Shown here: positions 27,747-36,619 of the stretch, piece by piece
Layout of the letters: each line of letters begins with the position of its first letter
Numbering within the stretch: the stretch's first letter is position 1
Virus record (IMG/VR): IMGVR_UViG_3300011102_000065
Coordinates: 1-43,279 of that record
DNA from: a virus
Taxonomy: Duplodnaviria > Caudoviricetes
DNA length: 43,279 nt
Strand: one strand, 5' to 3'
Translations under genes and position numbers: made by a program
The notes under the pieces: model-generated
What the model was told of the DNA's origin: nothing
Database searches by the model: none
What the model saw: the letters and a program-made list of their open reading frames with translations, nothing else

Positions 27747-30272
27747 TCACGATGCGCACTCCACCTCTACCGGCTTCAACGTGCTCCAACGGATGATGCC
27801 CTTGTCATCGGGATAACCCATCTTCGTCTCAGCGGGGATGATGAGTGGGCGGATTTTTCCGTCCATCCCAAGAATGTTGATAGGTGCCTCGGCGTACTTC
27901 TTCATGATCGACAAGCACAGCTTGACCTTGTGCCTGGGTGCCAGACAAATGAGCGCATCGTGGATGTTGAGCCACATGCGAGCATCAGCGGGCCACCTCG
28001 GATCACTTTCCGACTGATAAATAACTCGCACAACGTGGTCGCCAAGGGTTGACTGCGGCTTGAACGCGACTATACTTTCCAAAGCCTCCGGCGAGAGACG
28101 TTCCAGAACGATGAACCGCCTACCGAACGCATTATAAAGGGTCTTGGTACGACGCACTTCGTCTTCCAGAGCGGCCCACCACTTTTGAAGTTCAGGAGTG
28201 ATCCGATGGTACGCCCTGTAAGCATTCGTAGCCTCCGTCAGAGAAAGGCCAGTCGTACTCGACAGACGATCCGGCTGCATCCGGTAGTTCAGCCCGTGTC
28301 GGCACCGCTTCGCGATGAACCGAAGCGTGACGTCTCGATCTCGTTTGCCTTCGGGGATCACATGTCCCTTGCTGGCATCGTAGCGGTCGAAGGTCGGAAC
28401 CTCGTCATACGGGATACCGAACATTTCGGACGCCAGCGCACGGTGAGCATCGAAACCGCCATCCGTACGGGCCTTCTCAAACTGCTCCATCCATGATTCG
28501 ATGACAGCAAACCAACCGACTAGGCGTGCTTCGGCCTGAGCCATGTCGAAGTAGCCTAGTCCATAGCCGGGGTCCGCGATGTACATCTCGTATGCGCGTT
28601 CCGGCTGGTTCTGTAGGTTCATGCCCGTCTGTTCGCCATCGGAGTTCCTCCACAGCATACCGCTCGACGAGAGGCGGCCTGGGGCGGACTGAACCCCTGT
28701 CTGGTTGTAGGTGCACCTCAGCCTCCCATCGTCGTCTATGGCGGTCGTGACATACGTGGAGTAGAACTTCTGCTCCTTCGTGTACTCGTCGAGTGCCCGC
28801 AACACCTTGCGCTTTTCTTCCGTTGTCGCAGGATGTGCGTACATACGTGCACGGTTCTCTGCGTCCGTCTGTGTGCCTCGACCGACGAGACGGAGCTTCG
28901 TGAACAGAAGCTCGCTCATCTGCTTCGGGGACTTTGGATTAGGCTCGTAGTCCTCGATGCCAGTGACTTCCTGCACGATCTTGTGGAAGTCTTCAAGAAG
29001 TTGGTGTACACGTGTACCGATTCTGTCCTTGAGTTCGTTTCGCACCTCCTGATCCACAAGCACGCCACCGACGACCATACGCAACAGGTGTGGCTGTGCT
29101 CTCATCACATGTCCAAAGAAGAATTCATCGAGCTTCTGTTGCTTGAGCTCGCTGACTACAGCAGTCGCAACTGCATGCGTATTGCAGCAGTCTTGTCCGT
29201 TGTATCGCCAGAAGCTATCGATGTCACCACCTTCTCGCCACTCATCTTTCTCGTCCTTGTAGAACGGACGAGTTGTGTACTGCGTAGTGAGGTATCCAAG
29301 ACTGTGCGGCAGCTGAGGATACAGCACATGGTGGGCAAGCATCGTGTCACACCAAATTGGTGGGACATAAATCTTGTCCTTGTACCACAACCAAGACGAG
29401 TCGAACATGTTGTTCTGCGCAACCATACGATCATGGATGCGTCTGACCATTTGTTGAAAGCGCAGTCTCAGCTTGATCTCTTGCTCAAGCGTGTATCGGT
29501 TCTCAGATAGCGTACGGAAGTTGATGCACATCGCTTCGATGTCGTTGTCAGCGAGACCGATGCACGCAGTCTCGTTGGCAATGACTTCGATATCGTACGC
29601 AACGTGACTGGACGAGTCTTCCATACGCTTCATCCAATCCATCGCGTCGTCAAACGACGGATTGATGTGCGTGCTCAAAGGCTTCTGTGACCAATTGCCG
29701 TCGAGCACCTTCTTGAGCTTAGCAAGATCAAACGTGAACGTGAGTTCGAGCTTCGGCTCACGCAGGATCATCGCAGGATTATACGTGCAAACAGTCGTAA
29801 CACGAGTACCAATTCCTTTATTGCGTTCGGAAGGCAGCAGTACACTACCCCGCCAGTTAGTAATTCCTGTGTGTCCTGTGATCGCTTCCAACGACATGTT
29901 TCCGAGGACAAGCACGTACTTGAGGTTGGGGAGTTGTGAAAGTTCCCATTGGAGCAACGACTTCCAAACCTCGAATTCGTGTTTGTTGATCGGCATTCGC
30001 TTGTCATTGCCGAAGCTCACTTGTCGTTTGGCTACGTTGGTGACGTAGACGTTGCGTCTGTCTATGCCGTACTTCCGCAACACTTCCCACAGTTTAGCAC
30101 CGCTACCTCCAACAAGAGGACGGCCTGTCTCTACCTCACGATCGCCGGGAGCCTCAGCAACGACTGCAAGCTCCGCATGAAAGGCTCCATCTGAAGCACA
30201 CTGCACCTCTAACCCTGCGGTACGTGCTTGCTTGATGAATGCTTCTTTCAATTCTGCGGTTGAGTTGATCAT
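27747..30272 (-). CDS. polA: Family A DNA polymerase with N-terminal UDG family 4-like domain and 3'-5' exonuclease
   Basis: UDG-like AEAPG..E...GRPLVG..G / YVTN; ExoI YDIE, ExoII NNMFD, ExoIII YNGQD; PGRLSS; motif A DMAQAEAR, motif B RFIAKRCRHGLNY, motif C IHDA. Confidence 0.93.
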   Translation of the reverse strand: MINSTAELKEAFIKQARTAGLEVQCASDGAFHAELAVVAEAPGDREVETGRPLVGGSGAKLWEVLRKYGIDRRNVYVTNVAKRQVSFGNDKRMPINKHEFEVWKSLLQWELSQLPNLKYVLVLGNMSLEAITGHTGITNWRGSVLLPSERNKGIGTRVTTVCTYNPAMILREPKLELTFTFDLAKLKKVLDGNWSQKPLSTHINPSFDDAMDWMKRMEDSSSHVAYDIEVIANETACIGLADNDIEAMCINFRTLSENRYTLEQEIKLRLRFQQMVRRIHDRMVAQNNMFDSSWLWYKDKIYVPPIWCDTMLAHHVLYPQLPHSLGYLTTQYTTRPFYKDEKDEWREGGDIDSFWRYNGQDCCNTHAVATAVVSELKQQKLDEFFFGHVMRAQPHLLRMVVGGVLVDQEVRNELKDRIGTRVHQLLEDFHKIVQEVTGIEDYEPNPKSPKQMSELLFTKLRLVGRGTQTDAENRARMYAHPATTEEKRKVLRALDEYTKEQKFYSTYVTTAIDDDGRLRCTYNQTGVQSAPGRLSSSGMLWRNSDGEQTGMNLQNQPERAYEMYIADPGYGLGYFDMAQAEARLVGWFAVIESWMEQFEKARTDGGFDAHRALASEMFGIPYDEVPTFDRYDASKGHVIPEGKRDRDVTLRFIAKRCRHGLNYRMQPDRLSSTTGLSLTEATNAYRAYHRITPELQKWWAALEDEVRRTKTLYNAFGRRFIVLERLSPEALESIVAFKPQSTLGDHVVRVIYQSESDPRWPADARMWLNIHDALICLAPRHKVKLCLSIMKKYAEAPINILGMDGKIRPLIIPAETKMGYPDDKGIIRWSTLKPVEVECAS

Positions 30273-30463
30273 TTCTTCTGTGCCCTCCGGGATTGGTTGC
30301 GCTCATTAATCTCGCGCATGTGTCCGAAGTATGCATCGTCAAGTGACTGCATCGCTGGCCCCCTATCGAGGCCAGCAACACGTAGTGCGTCATACAGTCT
30401 CATGTATGCCGCAGCGACTTCGTCATTTTCCACCTTGAACGGCGTTTGCGAGTTCTTGGACAT
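30269..30463 (-). CDS. Hypothetical protein (64 aa)
   Basis: ATGA-coupled to polA; AGGAG upstream. Confidence 0.65.
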   Translation of the reverse strand: MSKNSQTPFKVENDEVAAAYMRLYDALRVAGLDRGPAMQSLDDAYFGHMREINERNQSRRAQKK

Positions 30464-30755
30464 AGTCGAGCTGAGACTCCTGCGTCATGCGACTGGTGAT
30501 CACACGCATACGATAGCCGAAGAATTCAACCTTCTCCGCATCGTACGCACCATTGTCATAGCCTGCCTTGCGCATGCCCTTTCGTGCAGCACAGCGTCGC
30601 CAGATGGCCTTGAACGCATTGCCCTCCGCAAAGTCCATACCAAGGGCTTCGATGATATCAATGCACTCAGCCGTGTACGGCTCGCCGCCACTGACTGGCT
30701 GTGCAATGTACACTTTGTAGTAGCTGACACTACCGCCGGTATATTCTTCGCTCAT
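30423..30755 (-). CDS. DUF3310-like protein (related to T7 gp1.7-type nucleotide kinases)
   Basis: ECIDIIEALGMDFAEGNAFKAIWR...DAEK pattern. Confidence 0.6.
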   Translation of the reverse strand: MSEEYTGGSVSYYKVYIAQPVSGGEPYTAECIDIIEALGMDFAEGNAFKAIWRRCAARKGMRKAGYDNGAYDAEKVEFFGYRMRVITSRMTQESQLDYVQELANAVQGGK

Positions 30756-32131
30756 TGCTTCACCCTGAAAACACTGGTTTGGATGGACTTCTGATCAGCG
30801 ATCACGAATGCTCTCTTGCGTGCACGTGTGACTGCTGTGTAGAAGTTCTGGCGAGATTGCACAAACAGTGCTGACTTGTTGAGGACGTAGCAAATCTGTT
30901 GGAATTCACTCCCCTGACACTTGTGAGTTGTGAGTGCAAACGCGAGATCGATATCGCGCATAGGAGACACATCAATCACGGTATCCTTCTGCGCCCAATA
31001 CTCTTGGTACACAAGAGGCACTTCGACAATGCGGTCTCCGAAGTCGATATCCATCCCGCCATCAGGATAGATGTGCGTGATGATGCCTGTCTCTCCGTTG
31101 AGCATCTGCTTCGTAGGAGGACATGGGATATACGACGACACAATCGGCACCATGTCCTGTGTCCATTCCTCGAACCGCTCGAAGTATGGACGCATATCAT
31201 ACGTGTTCGATGTGCAAACGACCTTGTCACCAACGCCAACAGTCAGTTCATCCTTGTCCCACTTGTGTCGCTCAAGCGGAATGGAGTGTGTAGGATTTGG
31301 GTTGAGGATCGTACGCAGCATGGCATTGAGCCGCTGTGTTCCGATCCAAGACTTCCTTGTCGGCGTGATGATTTGGTTCTCGATCTTGCCGTAGTCGATG
31401 CCACGGTCAAGCATCTCACGCACGTGCATACGCAGCACGTCAAGAGGACGATCCGAGATACGAATGTAAAAGTCTCCTTGATCCTCGTTGATAGGAGGCG
31501 TGTGACCCTTGCGGATTTTGTCTGCGGCTGCAAGCACACAGCTACCTTCGCCCTGCCTGTACACACGTTGAAGGATCACGCTGTCTGGACGCTCAATCAA
31601 CTTCTGAAACGGAGTCTTCTCAGTCTTGCCGCTGCGATCAGTGACACGATACTCTTCTATCGGAGGAAGCTGGTGAATGTCACCAAAAGCACGAATGCAA
31701 CCGCCGCTAGGAAGAGCAGCAAGGAGGTTGTTGTGTAGCTCATGATTCACCATCGCATACTCGTCAACGATGATCACGCGCTGCGTAAGAGGATTGGTCC
31801 GATCACGCTTCGGCTTCGTTACGTCGAGCGGCTTACCAGTCTTTTCATCGCGCTCACCGGGACGATTGTATTCGAGCAACTTGTGGATCGTGATTGCATC
31901 GATGCCAGTCGCTTCCTTGATACGCCTAGCAGCCTTGCCAGTCGGAGCAGCGAGTGCCACAGACACATGTCGTGCCGCAAAGAATTCGTGGATGAGCCGG
32001 ATGATGGTTGTCTTACCGGAACCTGCTGCACCACTTACTGACACGAGACGCTTCTGCAAATCACAGCACATCTCGACTGCCTTCTGCTGGTCTGCATCAA
32101 GTTCGATATCTGTGTTGATCCGAATATCCAT
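30752..32131 (-). CDS. RecD/Dda-like SF1B DNA helicase
   Basis: GAAGSGKTT, APTGKAA, IIVDE, GDIHQLPPI, VYRQ, ALTTHKCQGSEF, YTAVTRAR; start moved to ATG 32131. Confidence 0.92.
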   Translation of the reverse strand: MDIRINTDIELDADQQKAVEMCCDLQKRLVSVSGAAGSGKTTIIRLIHEFFAARHVSVALAAPTGKAARRIKEATGIDAITIHKLLEYNRPGERDEKTGKPLDVTKPKRDRTNPLTQRVIIVDEYAMVNHELHNNLLAALPSGGCIRAFGDIHQLPPIEEYRVTDRSGKTEKTPFQKLIERPDSVILQRVYRQGEGSCVLAAADKIRKGHTPPINEDQGDFYIRISDRPLDVLRMHVREMLDRGIDYGKIENQIITPTRKSWIGTQRLNAMLRTILNPNPTHSIPLERHKWDKDELTVGVGDKVVCTSNTYDMRPYFERFEEWTQDMVPIVSSYIPCPPTKQMLNGETGIITHIYPDGGMDIDFGDRIVEVPLVYQEYWAQKDTVIDVSPMRDIDLAFALTTHKCQGSEFQQICYVLNKSALFVQSRQNFYTAVTRARKRAFVIADQKSIQTSVFRVKQ

Positions 32132-32157
32132 TTTGCTCTCCGGTCTAAAACGCAAGA

Positions 32158-32195
32158 AACCCCTAGCAGCCGTCGGAAAGAAGCTGCTAGGGGTT
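32158..32195 (-). terminator. Terminator-like hairpin after the RHH gene
   Basis: 13-bp stem AACCCCTAGCAGC / GCTGCTAGGGGTT followed by UCUUGCGUUUU on the minus strand. Confidence 0.65.
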
Positions 32196-32227
32196 CTATG
32201 CGAGGGAAGTACATCAAGCCTGTGAGG

Positions 32228-32500
32228 TCACTTGCTGCGCTTCGCCTCGTATTCTTTGTGCTGTCGGAGGATGTCGAGTGCGACGTTGTATGCACACCAA
32301 GACATAAACGCAGAACGAGACATGCCTAGGAGTGACGCCGCCTCGTCAACCGCTTCCAGCACATGAGGCTGTAGGCGAATAGAACGAGTAGGCTGTTGGT
32401 CACGTGGCGAGGACGATCCACGAGGGACAACGCTCGGCATGGGACGAACGATTGTGACCGTCTCTCTCACGTGTGCGTTGAATTCGGGATCGTATGCCAC
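32228..32500 (-). CDS. Ribbon-helix-helix (CopG/Arc-like) DNA-binding protein
   Basis: TRSIRL (beta strand) QPHVLEAVDEAASLLG (helix A) MSRSAFMSW (helix B; G-x-S-R-S turn). GTG start with AGGAGG RBS. Confidence 0.75.
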   Translation of the reverse strand: MAYDPEFNAHVRETVTIVRPMPSVVPRGSSSPRDQQPTRSIRLQPHVLEAVDEAASLLGMSRSAFMSWCAYNVALDILRQHKEYEAKRSK

Positions 32501-32515
32501 GTGATCCTCCTTGCC

Positions 32516-32746
32516 TTACTTGACGAGGAAACGCTGATACTTGAGATCGCGGTCCGCATCGACGGCAGCAAGAACCTCCTCGGCGGAACGAGTGACGAGC
32601 GCAATGTTGAGCGTCTGGTCCTCGTTCACAGTGTACGCGATGTACGCCGGACGCGGGGCGCGCTGCTTCTCCAGACGCTCCTCATACGCGGCGAGCTCCT
32701 CAGGCGTCATATTCGAAGTGTCCTTCCGGGTCTTACGGGCAGCCAT
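32516..32746 (-). CDS. Hypothetical protein (76 aa)
   Basis: AGGAG RBS; strongly biased codons. Confidence 0.75.
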   Translation of the reverse strand: MAARKTRKDTSNMTPEELAAYEERLEKQRAPRPAYIAYTVNEDQTLNIALVTRSAEEVLAAVDADRDLKYQRFLVK

Positions 32747-32785
32747 GTCTATCTCCTATGGTTGGCTGGTTTCAGAGAGCAAGTG

Positions 32786-32825
32786 AAAAGTAGCACAGGG
32801 GTCACACTTTGGCAACCCCTATGCT
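32786..32825 (-). terminator. Terminator after the SSB-like gene
   Basis: AGCAUAGGGGU...ACCCCUGUGCU followed by ACUUUUC on the minus strand. Confidence 0.6.
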
Positions 32826-32839
32826 GTGGAAAAGTCGAA

Positions 32840-33259
32840 TTACTTGGGCTCGACCTTCTTGAAGCGCTCCCGCTCGATGCCCTCAAACTCGTCGGGCTCG
32901 ATGGTGATGATCGCGCTCTTGCCGATCCAGTCATTGACATCGAGACGAGACGACATGGCGGCACCAATGGCCTCACAGAACTTCTTCATACGGAAGCGAG
33001 CAGCCTTCGTGTCTTCGGCGCTCACGTACGCATGTACGTCCTTGCCATCCGGGAACGACTCAGCATCCTCGTAGTCAGCCGGGAAGTCCTCCGGCATGAT
33101 ACGGAACGTGACATCGACACGCTTCTTGCCGGACGACTGCGACGTGCCGACTTCCGCAGCGACGATTTTCGCAGGATAGTCGCCAGCCGGAAGAGCAACC
33201 GGAGCCTCAGCGTCAGCAATGTCGGTCGTATAGTCGAGGATGCTACCAAGTTCACTCAT
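32840..33259 (-). CDS. DUF669-like single-stranded DNA-binding protein
   Basis: LPAGDYPAKIVAAEVGTSQSSGK...KKFCEAIG...WIGKSAII OB-fold-like pattern, next to the AAA ATPase. Confidence 0.7.
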   Translation of the reverse strand: MSELGSILDYTTDIADAEAPVALPAGDYPAKIVAAEVGTSQSSGKKRVDVTFRIMPEDFPADYEDAESFPDGKDVHAYVSAEDTKAARFRMKKFCEAIGAAMSSRLDVNDWIGKSAIITIEPDEFEGIERERFKKVEPK

Positions 33260-33364
33260 GATTATCTCCTGCATGCATATGGAGTGAGGTGGCTACTTTA
33301 CACATGTACAAGGTACTACACAAGCCACTAAATGTAGTACCCTGCAACGAGATGCCCCCCATAA

Positions 33365-34186
33365 CTAGGTCGGCATATCGATCTTGTTGAAGTCTGCTGC
33401 ACGCCAACGTTCAAACCACGTGTCGATGCGCATAGACTTGTTCTTTTCGTCATCCCAATTGTCGGGATCGAACTTCCAGACGAACTCCGTCTTGTCCGTG
33501 ACCTTGAACATGCGAGACTTGGCAGGATCACGCATGCGGGACTTGCGACAGATGATGACCTTCTCGTTCTTGGACGTCTCAAACATCGGCCACACTTCAT
33601 TGATGCGCAGCGATGCCTGAGATGGAAGCTGTCCACCGAGAGACATGGTGTACCCAAGAAGAGCACCGTCATCATTCGTCTGCGGCGGTCCTTCATGGGC
33701 GATGAAGCACACGTGTTTATTCGCTTTCGCTGTGATCTGCAACACGTTGCGGATCAGATTGATTGCGAGGTTGTTACGTGCCATGTACGCACCGGGAGAC
33801 GGGCGTTCAATGGTTGCACCCTTCGTCACTTCGATACCACGAGCAAGCGTACGCTCGGTTACCGACGTAAGGCTGTCGAAGATGTACGTGTCGAAGTGAT
33901 CGAGTGTCTTCTCAATGCCGAACGGATCACGATCCTTGAGCCGAGAAAAGAACGCATCATCCTTACCAGCTAGATCGAAGACGCGCACCTCACCACTAGT
34001 GATGAGTTTCTTCGGCACAGACGCGGGACCATCAGGATCGAAGTTAATCAGCGCTTTCCTGCCTGGCATCGTGCATGCCAGCGTCGTCTTACCAAGTCCT
34101 GCTGGTGCCCAAATCAGGCATGACAAGCGCTCAACTGGTGTGTCTGCCGCTGCGACACCACCAATCATGATATCAGCGTTACTCAT
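33365..34186 (-). CDS. AAA_24 / Sak4-like ATPase (recombinase)
   Basis: Walker A APAGLGKT, Walker B YIFDSLT, FIAHE; start moved to ATG 34186. Confidence 0.8.
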   Translation of the reverse strand: MSNADIMIGGVAAADTPVERLSCLIWAPAGLGKTTLACTMPGRKALINFDPDGPASVPKKLITSGEVRVFDLAGKDDAFFSRLKDRDPFGIEKTLDHFDTYIFDSLTSVTERTLARGIEVTKGATIERPSPGAYMARNNLAINLIRNVLQITAKANKHVCFIAHEGPPQTNDDGALLGYTMSLGGQLPSQASLRINEVWPMFETSKNEKVIICRKSRMRDPAKSRMFKVTDKTEFVWKFDPDNWDDEKNKSMRIDTWFERWRAADFNKIDMPT

Positions 34187-35324
34187 CTGTAAACTCCCCT
34201 GCGGTGTGGAGAGGACTCCACTCTTGTACATCCATCTCTTCGAACATCTGCTTACGTTCTTCTGGATCGGCTGCACAAAGAGGAATGAAGGAACACGGAC
34301 GGAAGTATCTGTTACATGAGTGAGTGTACATAGGTGCATCGGTTGGCTGATGCACGTACTGCTCATGCAACATTGCTGTATGCAGTAGCCAAGAGAACCA
34401 TTCTTGCAGCTGCCACAGCTTGCGCTTGACGACAACGCGAGACAAGCCGTTGATCGTGTACGCTTTCGGCAGAGGCAAGCACGTGCCAAGCATCAGCGCT
34501 TGTGTGATTTGCTTGCCGAGCATCGCAGACAACGCAATCATGTAGCCAGTCGGCTGGTGATTGGTCTCCCACGACATTTCCCAAGCATCGCCAAGTCGGG
34601 ACGCCGTCTTGTTTTCGTGTACGCGAAGTTCCTGTTTGTCTCGATCGACGTAGTGGATGCCGTCTGCCTTACCGATGAAACGGATGAGTGCGGTGTTGTA
34701 ATTGCACTTACCACGTTCGTACGTGATGTGGATGACTACATCGACAGGGATTTCTACGCCTAAGAAGTCCTCACCATCCCAATATGGGAGCTGTGACTTC
34801 CAGTCGTACTTATCCATGTACGCGATACACATCTCTTCTATGTTGGTGATTGTCCGTCGTTTGTCTCCGGGATCATCGTAAAATCCACAGTTATATAGAG
34901 CCGTGAGCGAGAATTGTTGGCATCGAGTTCGATAATCTTCTCGTTCATCAACCTCTGCAAGCATTTCGCGAAAGCGTCTTTCGCCAAAGATACGTGTTCC
35001 GTTCGAAACAAACGCAGCCTCGATACGTTCTTGTGGTGCGTCGTAGAATACCGATCCGTATTCGCGATACGAATAGAGTCTATGCGCAGCGAAGACTTCA
35101 TGTGCCGCACCTCCCGCCTCCAGCGCCATGGAGCGGCCCATGCCACCCATAAACTTGTGATGTGTGTAGCGCACGATGCCCCACAGTGGACACGTGTTGA
35201 TGGCTACGAGCTTCGTGTTGTCGAACGTGGGAAGTTGGTCAATTGGTGGGCCGAACCAGTCACGAAACTTATGTGACGAGTACTGGTGTGAAGGGACCAC
35301 CTCTACCTTGGTGATCCTCATCAT
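34179..35324 (-). CDS. PD-(D/E)XK exonuclease, Cas4/AddB-like with a probable Fe-S staple
   Basis: N-terminal TCP, GKADG...HENKT, QPTGY, and C-terminal C-x6-C-x5-C. Confidence 0.8.
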   Translation of the reverse strand: MMRITKVEVVPSHQYSSHKFRDWFGPPIDQLPTFDNTKLVAINTCPLWGIVRYTHHKFMGGMGRSMALEAGGAAHEVFAAHRLYSYREYGSVFYDAPQERIEAAFVSNGTRIFGERRFREMLAEVDEREDYRTRCQQFSLTALYNCGFYDDPGDKRRTITNIEEMCIAYMDKYDWKSQLPYWDGEDFLGVEIPVDVVIHITYERGKCNYNTALIRFIGKADGIHYVDRDKQELRVHENKTASRLGDAWEMSWETNHQPTGYMIALSAMLGKQITQALMLGTCLPLPKAYTINGLSRVVVKRKLWQLQEWFSWLLHTAMLHEQYVHQPTDAPMYTHSCNRYFRPCSFIPLCAADPEERKQMFEEMDVQEWSPLHTAGEFTDE

Positions 35325-35587
35325 TCTTCCTTGTCAAGCGCGTTCGTATTCGGCCCAAGCAACTCAGCTTCGGCAGGGTTTTGCATTCCTTCGATGGTGT
35401 CTTTCATGCGACCGGCAACAGCGACGACGCCTTGCATGCTGTTCACCAACTCGTCGAAGTATGTTGCTAGCTCACGCAAGTCACGCTGCTGCTGAATGAT
35501 CTTCTCATTCATTGCTTCCATGCAGTAGACAGCGCCGCGCTCGAAGCCCATAGCCTTGACGCGCTCACGGATTTCACGAGTTTTCAT
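35321..35587 (-). CDS. Hypothetical coiled-coil protein (88 aa)
   Basis: AGGT RBS; ATGA overlap with the nuclease gene. Confidence 0.7.
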   Translation of the reverse strand: MKTREIRERVKAMGFERGAVYCMEAMNEKIIQQQRDLRELATYFDELVNSMQGVVAVAGRMKDTIEGMQNPAEAELLGPNTNALDKEE

Positions 35588-35615
35588 GTCACTACCTATT
35601 CAAGCGTGAAGACTA

Positions 35616-35948
35616 TCACAAGAATTCCATGCCAGCCTGAAGACGAAGACCACGAAGCTCCGCAATCTGATGCTCAAGTTTCTCAAGTGCTTTGTCAGAT
35701 GCGTTGAGCGTCTTGATAATCTGTTCGCACTTCTTTTCGATCTTGGCACGGACCTTGTCTTGAGCGAGCTTATCCTTCTCAGCCTTTGTCTGCTTGTAGA
35801 TCAGGTACATGTTCATCCGACGAGTGCGGATAGCTGAGACGAGTGCGTCAAGTTCCTCGTCCGTCATCGCCTCGATGTCTTTCATCGTGATGAACTCAGG
35901 CACAGTCGGCTTTCGCTGACCTTCGAGCCTGACCACGTTGTCGGTCAT
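35616..35948 (-). CDS. Hypothetical coiled-coil protein (110 aa)
   Basis: Start MTDNVVRLEG at 35948; AGGAG RBS preceded by GTACACGTGTAC. Confidence 0.75.
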   Translation of the reverse strand: MTDNVVRLEGQRKPTVPEFITMKDIEAMTDEELDALVSAIRTRRMNMYLIYKQTKAEKDKLAQDKVRAKIEKKCEQIIKTLNASDKALEKLEHQIAELRGLRLQAGMEFL

Positions 35949-36152
35949 CCATAAGCTCCTGTACACGTGTACGGATGTTGTGTTTGGGAAGCACATGTGT
36001 GCAGCAGGAAGGAATAAGAATGATCGCACACACGGAAAGTCAGATACGTGATCACATCGGTGTATCGTGTGCAAGGGCACACGATCTATACATATGTGCA
36101 GAGCACATAAGAATATATGTATATATCTCCTTGTCCTCTTACTACTCGTAAG

Positions 36153-36181
36153 AGTATAACAACAAAACACATTGCTGTCAA
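36153..36181 (-). promoter_or_regulatory. Sigma70 promoter P3: TTGACA-17-TATACT (replication/recombination operon)
   Basis: Minus strand reads TTGACA gcaatgtgttttgttgt TATACT; box TGTACTCGTGTACA at 36200-36213. Confidence 0.88.
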
Positions 36182-36249
36182 GTCACATCTTCGTGTGTCT
36201 GTACTCGTGTACATAAGTCATGCCAAGGTGCTGCTTACAGAGGCGCACA

Positions 36250-36275
36250 CCGACCTGCACACGTGTACAGGTCGG
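36250..36275. repeat. Inverted repeat with the palindromic motif at its apex
   Basis: CCGACCTG-CACACGTGTA-CAGGTCGG; no U tract. Confidence 0.7.
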
Positions 36276-36301
36276 CGCGCTTGTGGTGTCACCTAGGCTG
36301 A

Positions 36302-36595
36302 TTAGTACGGAATCTCATCATCAATGATCGGCGTCTGCTCTTCGTCGATAGCCTTGGCCTTGTCTTCGTACGTGATCGCGGGCAGAACAGACGCAGTCTC
36401 CAACGACGTCATAATCTTCTGTCGATGACGTTCGAGCAAACCATTGGCTACGAGCTTGAGTTCATGAATTGCACGCTCATCCAACTGAATCATCGTCGAC
36501 GCACTGGTCTCGTCATCATCGACGGTGATGTAGCCAGACGGAAGGCTGTGAAAACTATACTGCGACATAGCCACTGCTCTAAGAAACGTTGCCAT
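36302..36595 (-). CDS. Hypothetical protein ending in an SSB-like acidic tip (DDEIPY)
   Basis: GGAGG RBS; the C-terminus resembles the DDDIPF interaction tail of bacterial SSB. Confidence 0.7.
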   Translation of the reverse strand: MATFLRAVAMSQYSFHSLPSGYITVDDDETSASTMIQLDERAIHELKLVANGLLERHRQKIMTSLETASVLPAITYEDKAKAIDEEQTPIIDDEIPY

Positions 36596-36619
36596 GTTAG
36601 TTCCTCCATTGTACTCGTG

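Noticed and set aside
27141-30755. 2-aminoadenine (dZ) or other hypermodified-base pathway
   Set aside because: No PurZ, thymidylate synthase/hydroxymethylase, queuosine-pathway, glycosyltransferase or methyltransferase gene was recognised.
34179-35324. Cas4-like nuclease as part of a CRISPR-Cas system
   Set aside because: No cas1/cas2 or array; it sits in a standard phage recombination module with a Sak4-like ATPase and SSB.
33365-36170. Long N-terminal extensions in the ORF track (33365-34489, 35616-36170; also 17824-18306)
   Set aside because: They overlap other genes or promoters; downstream ATGs with clear RBSs or translational coupling give better starts.
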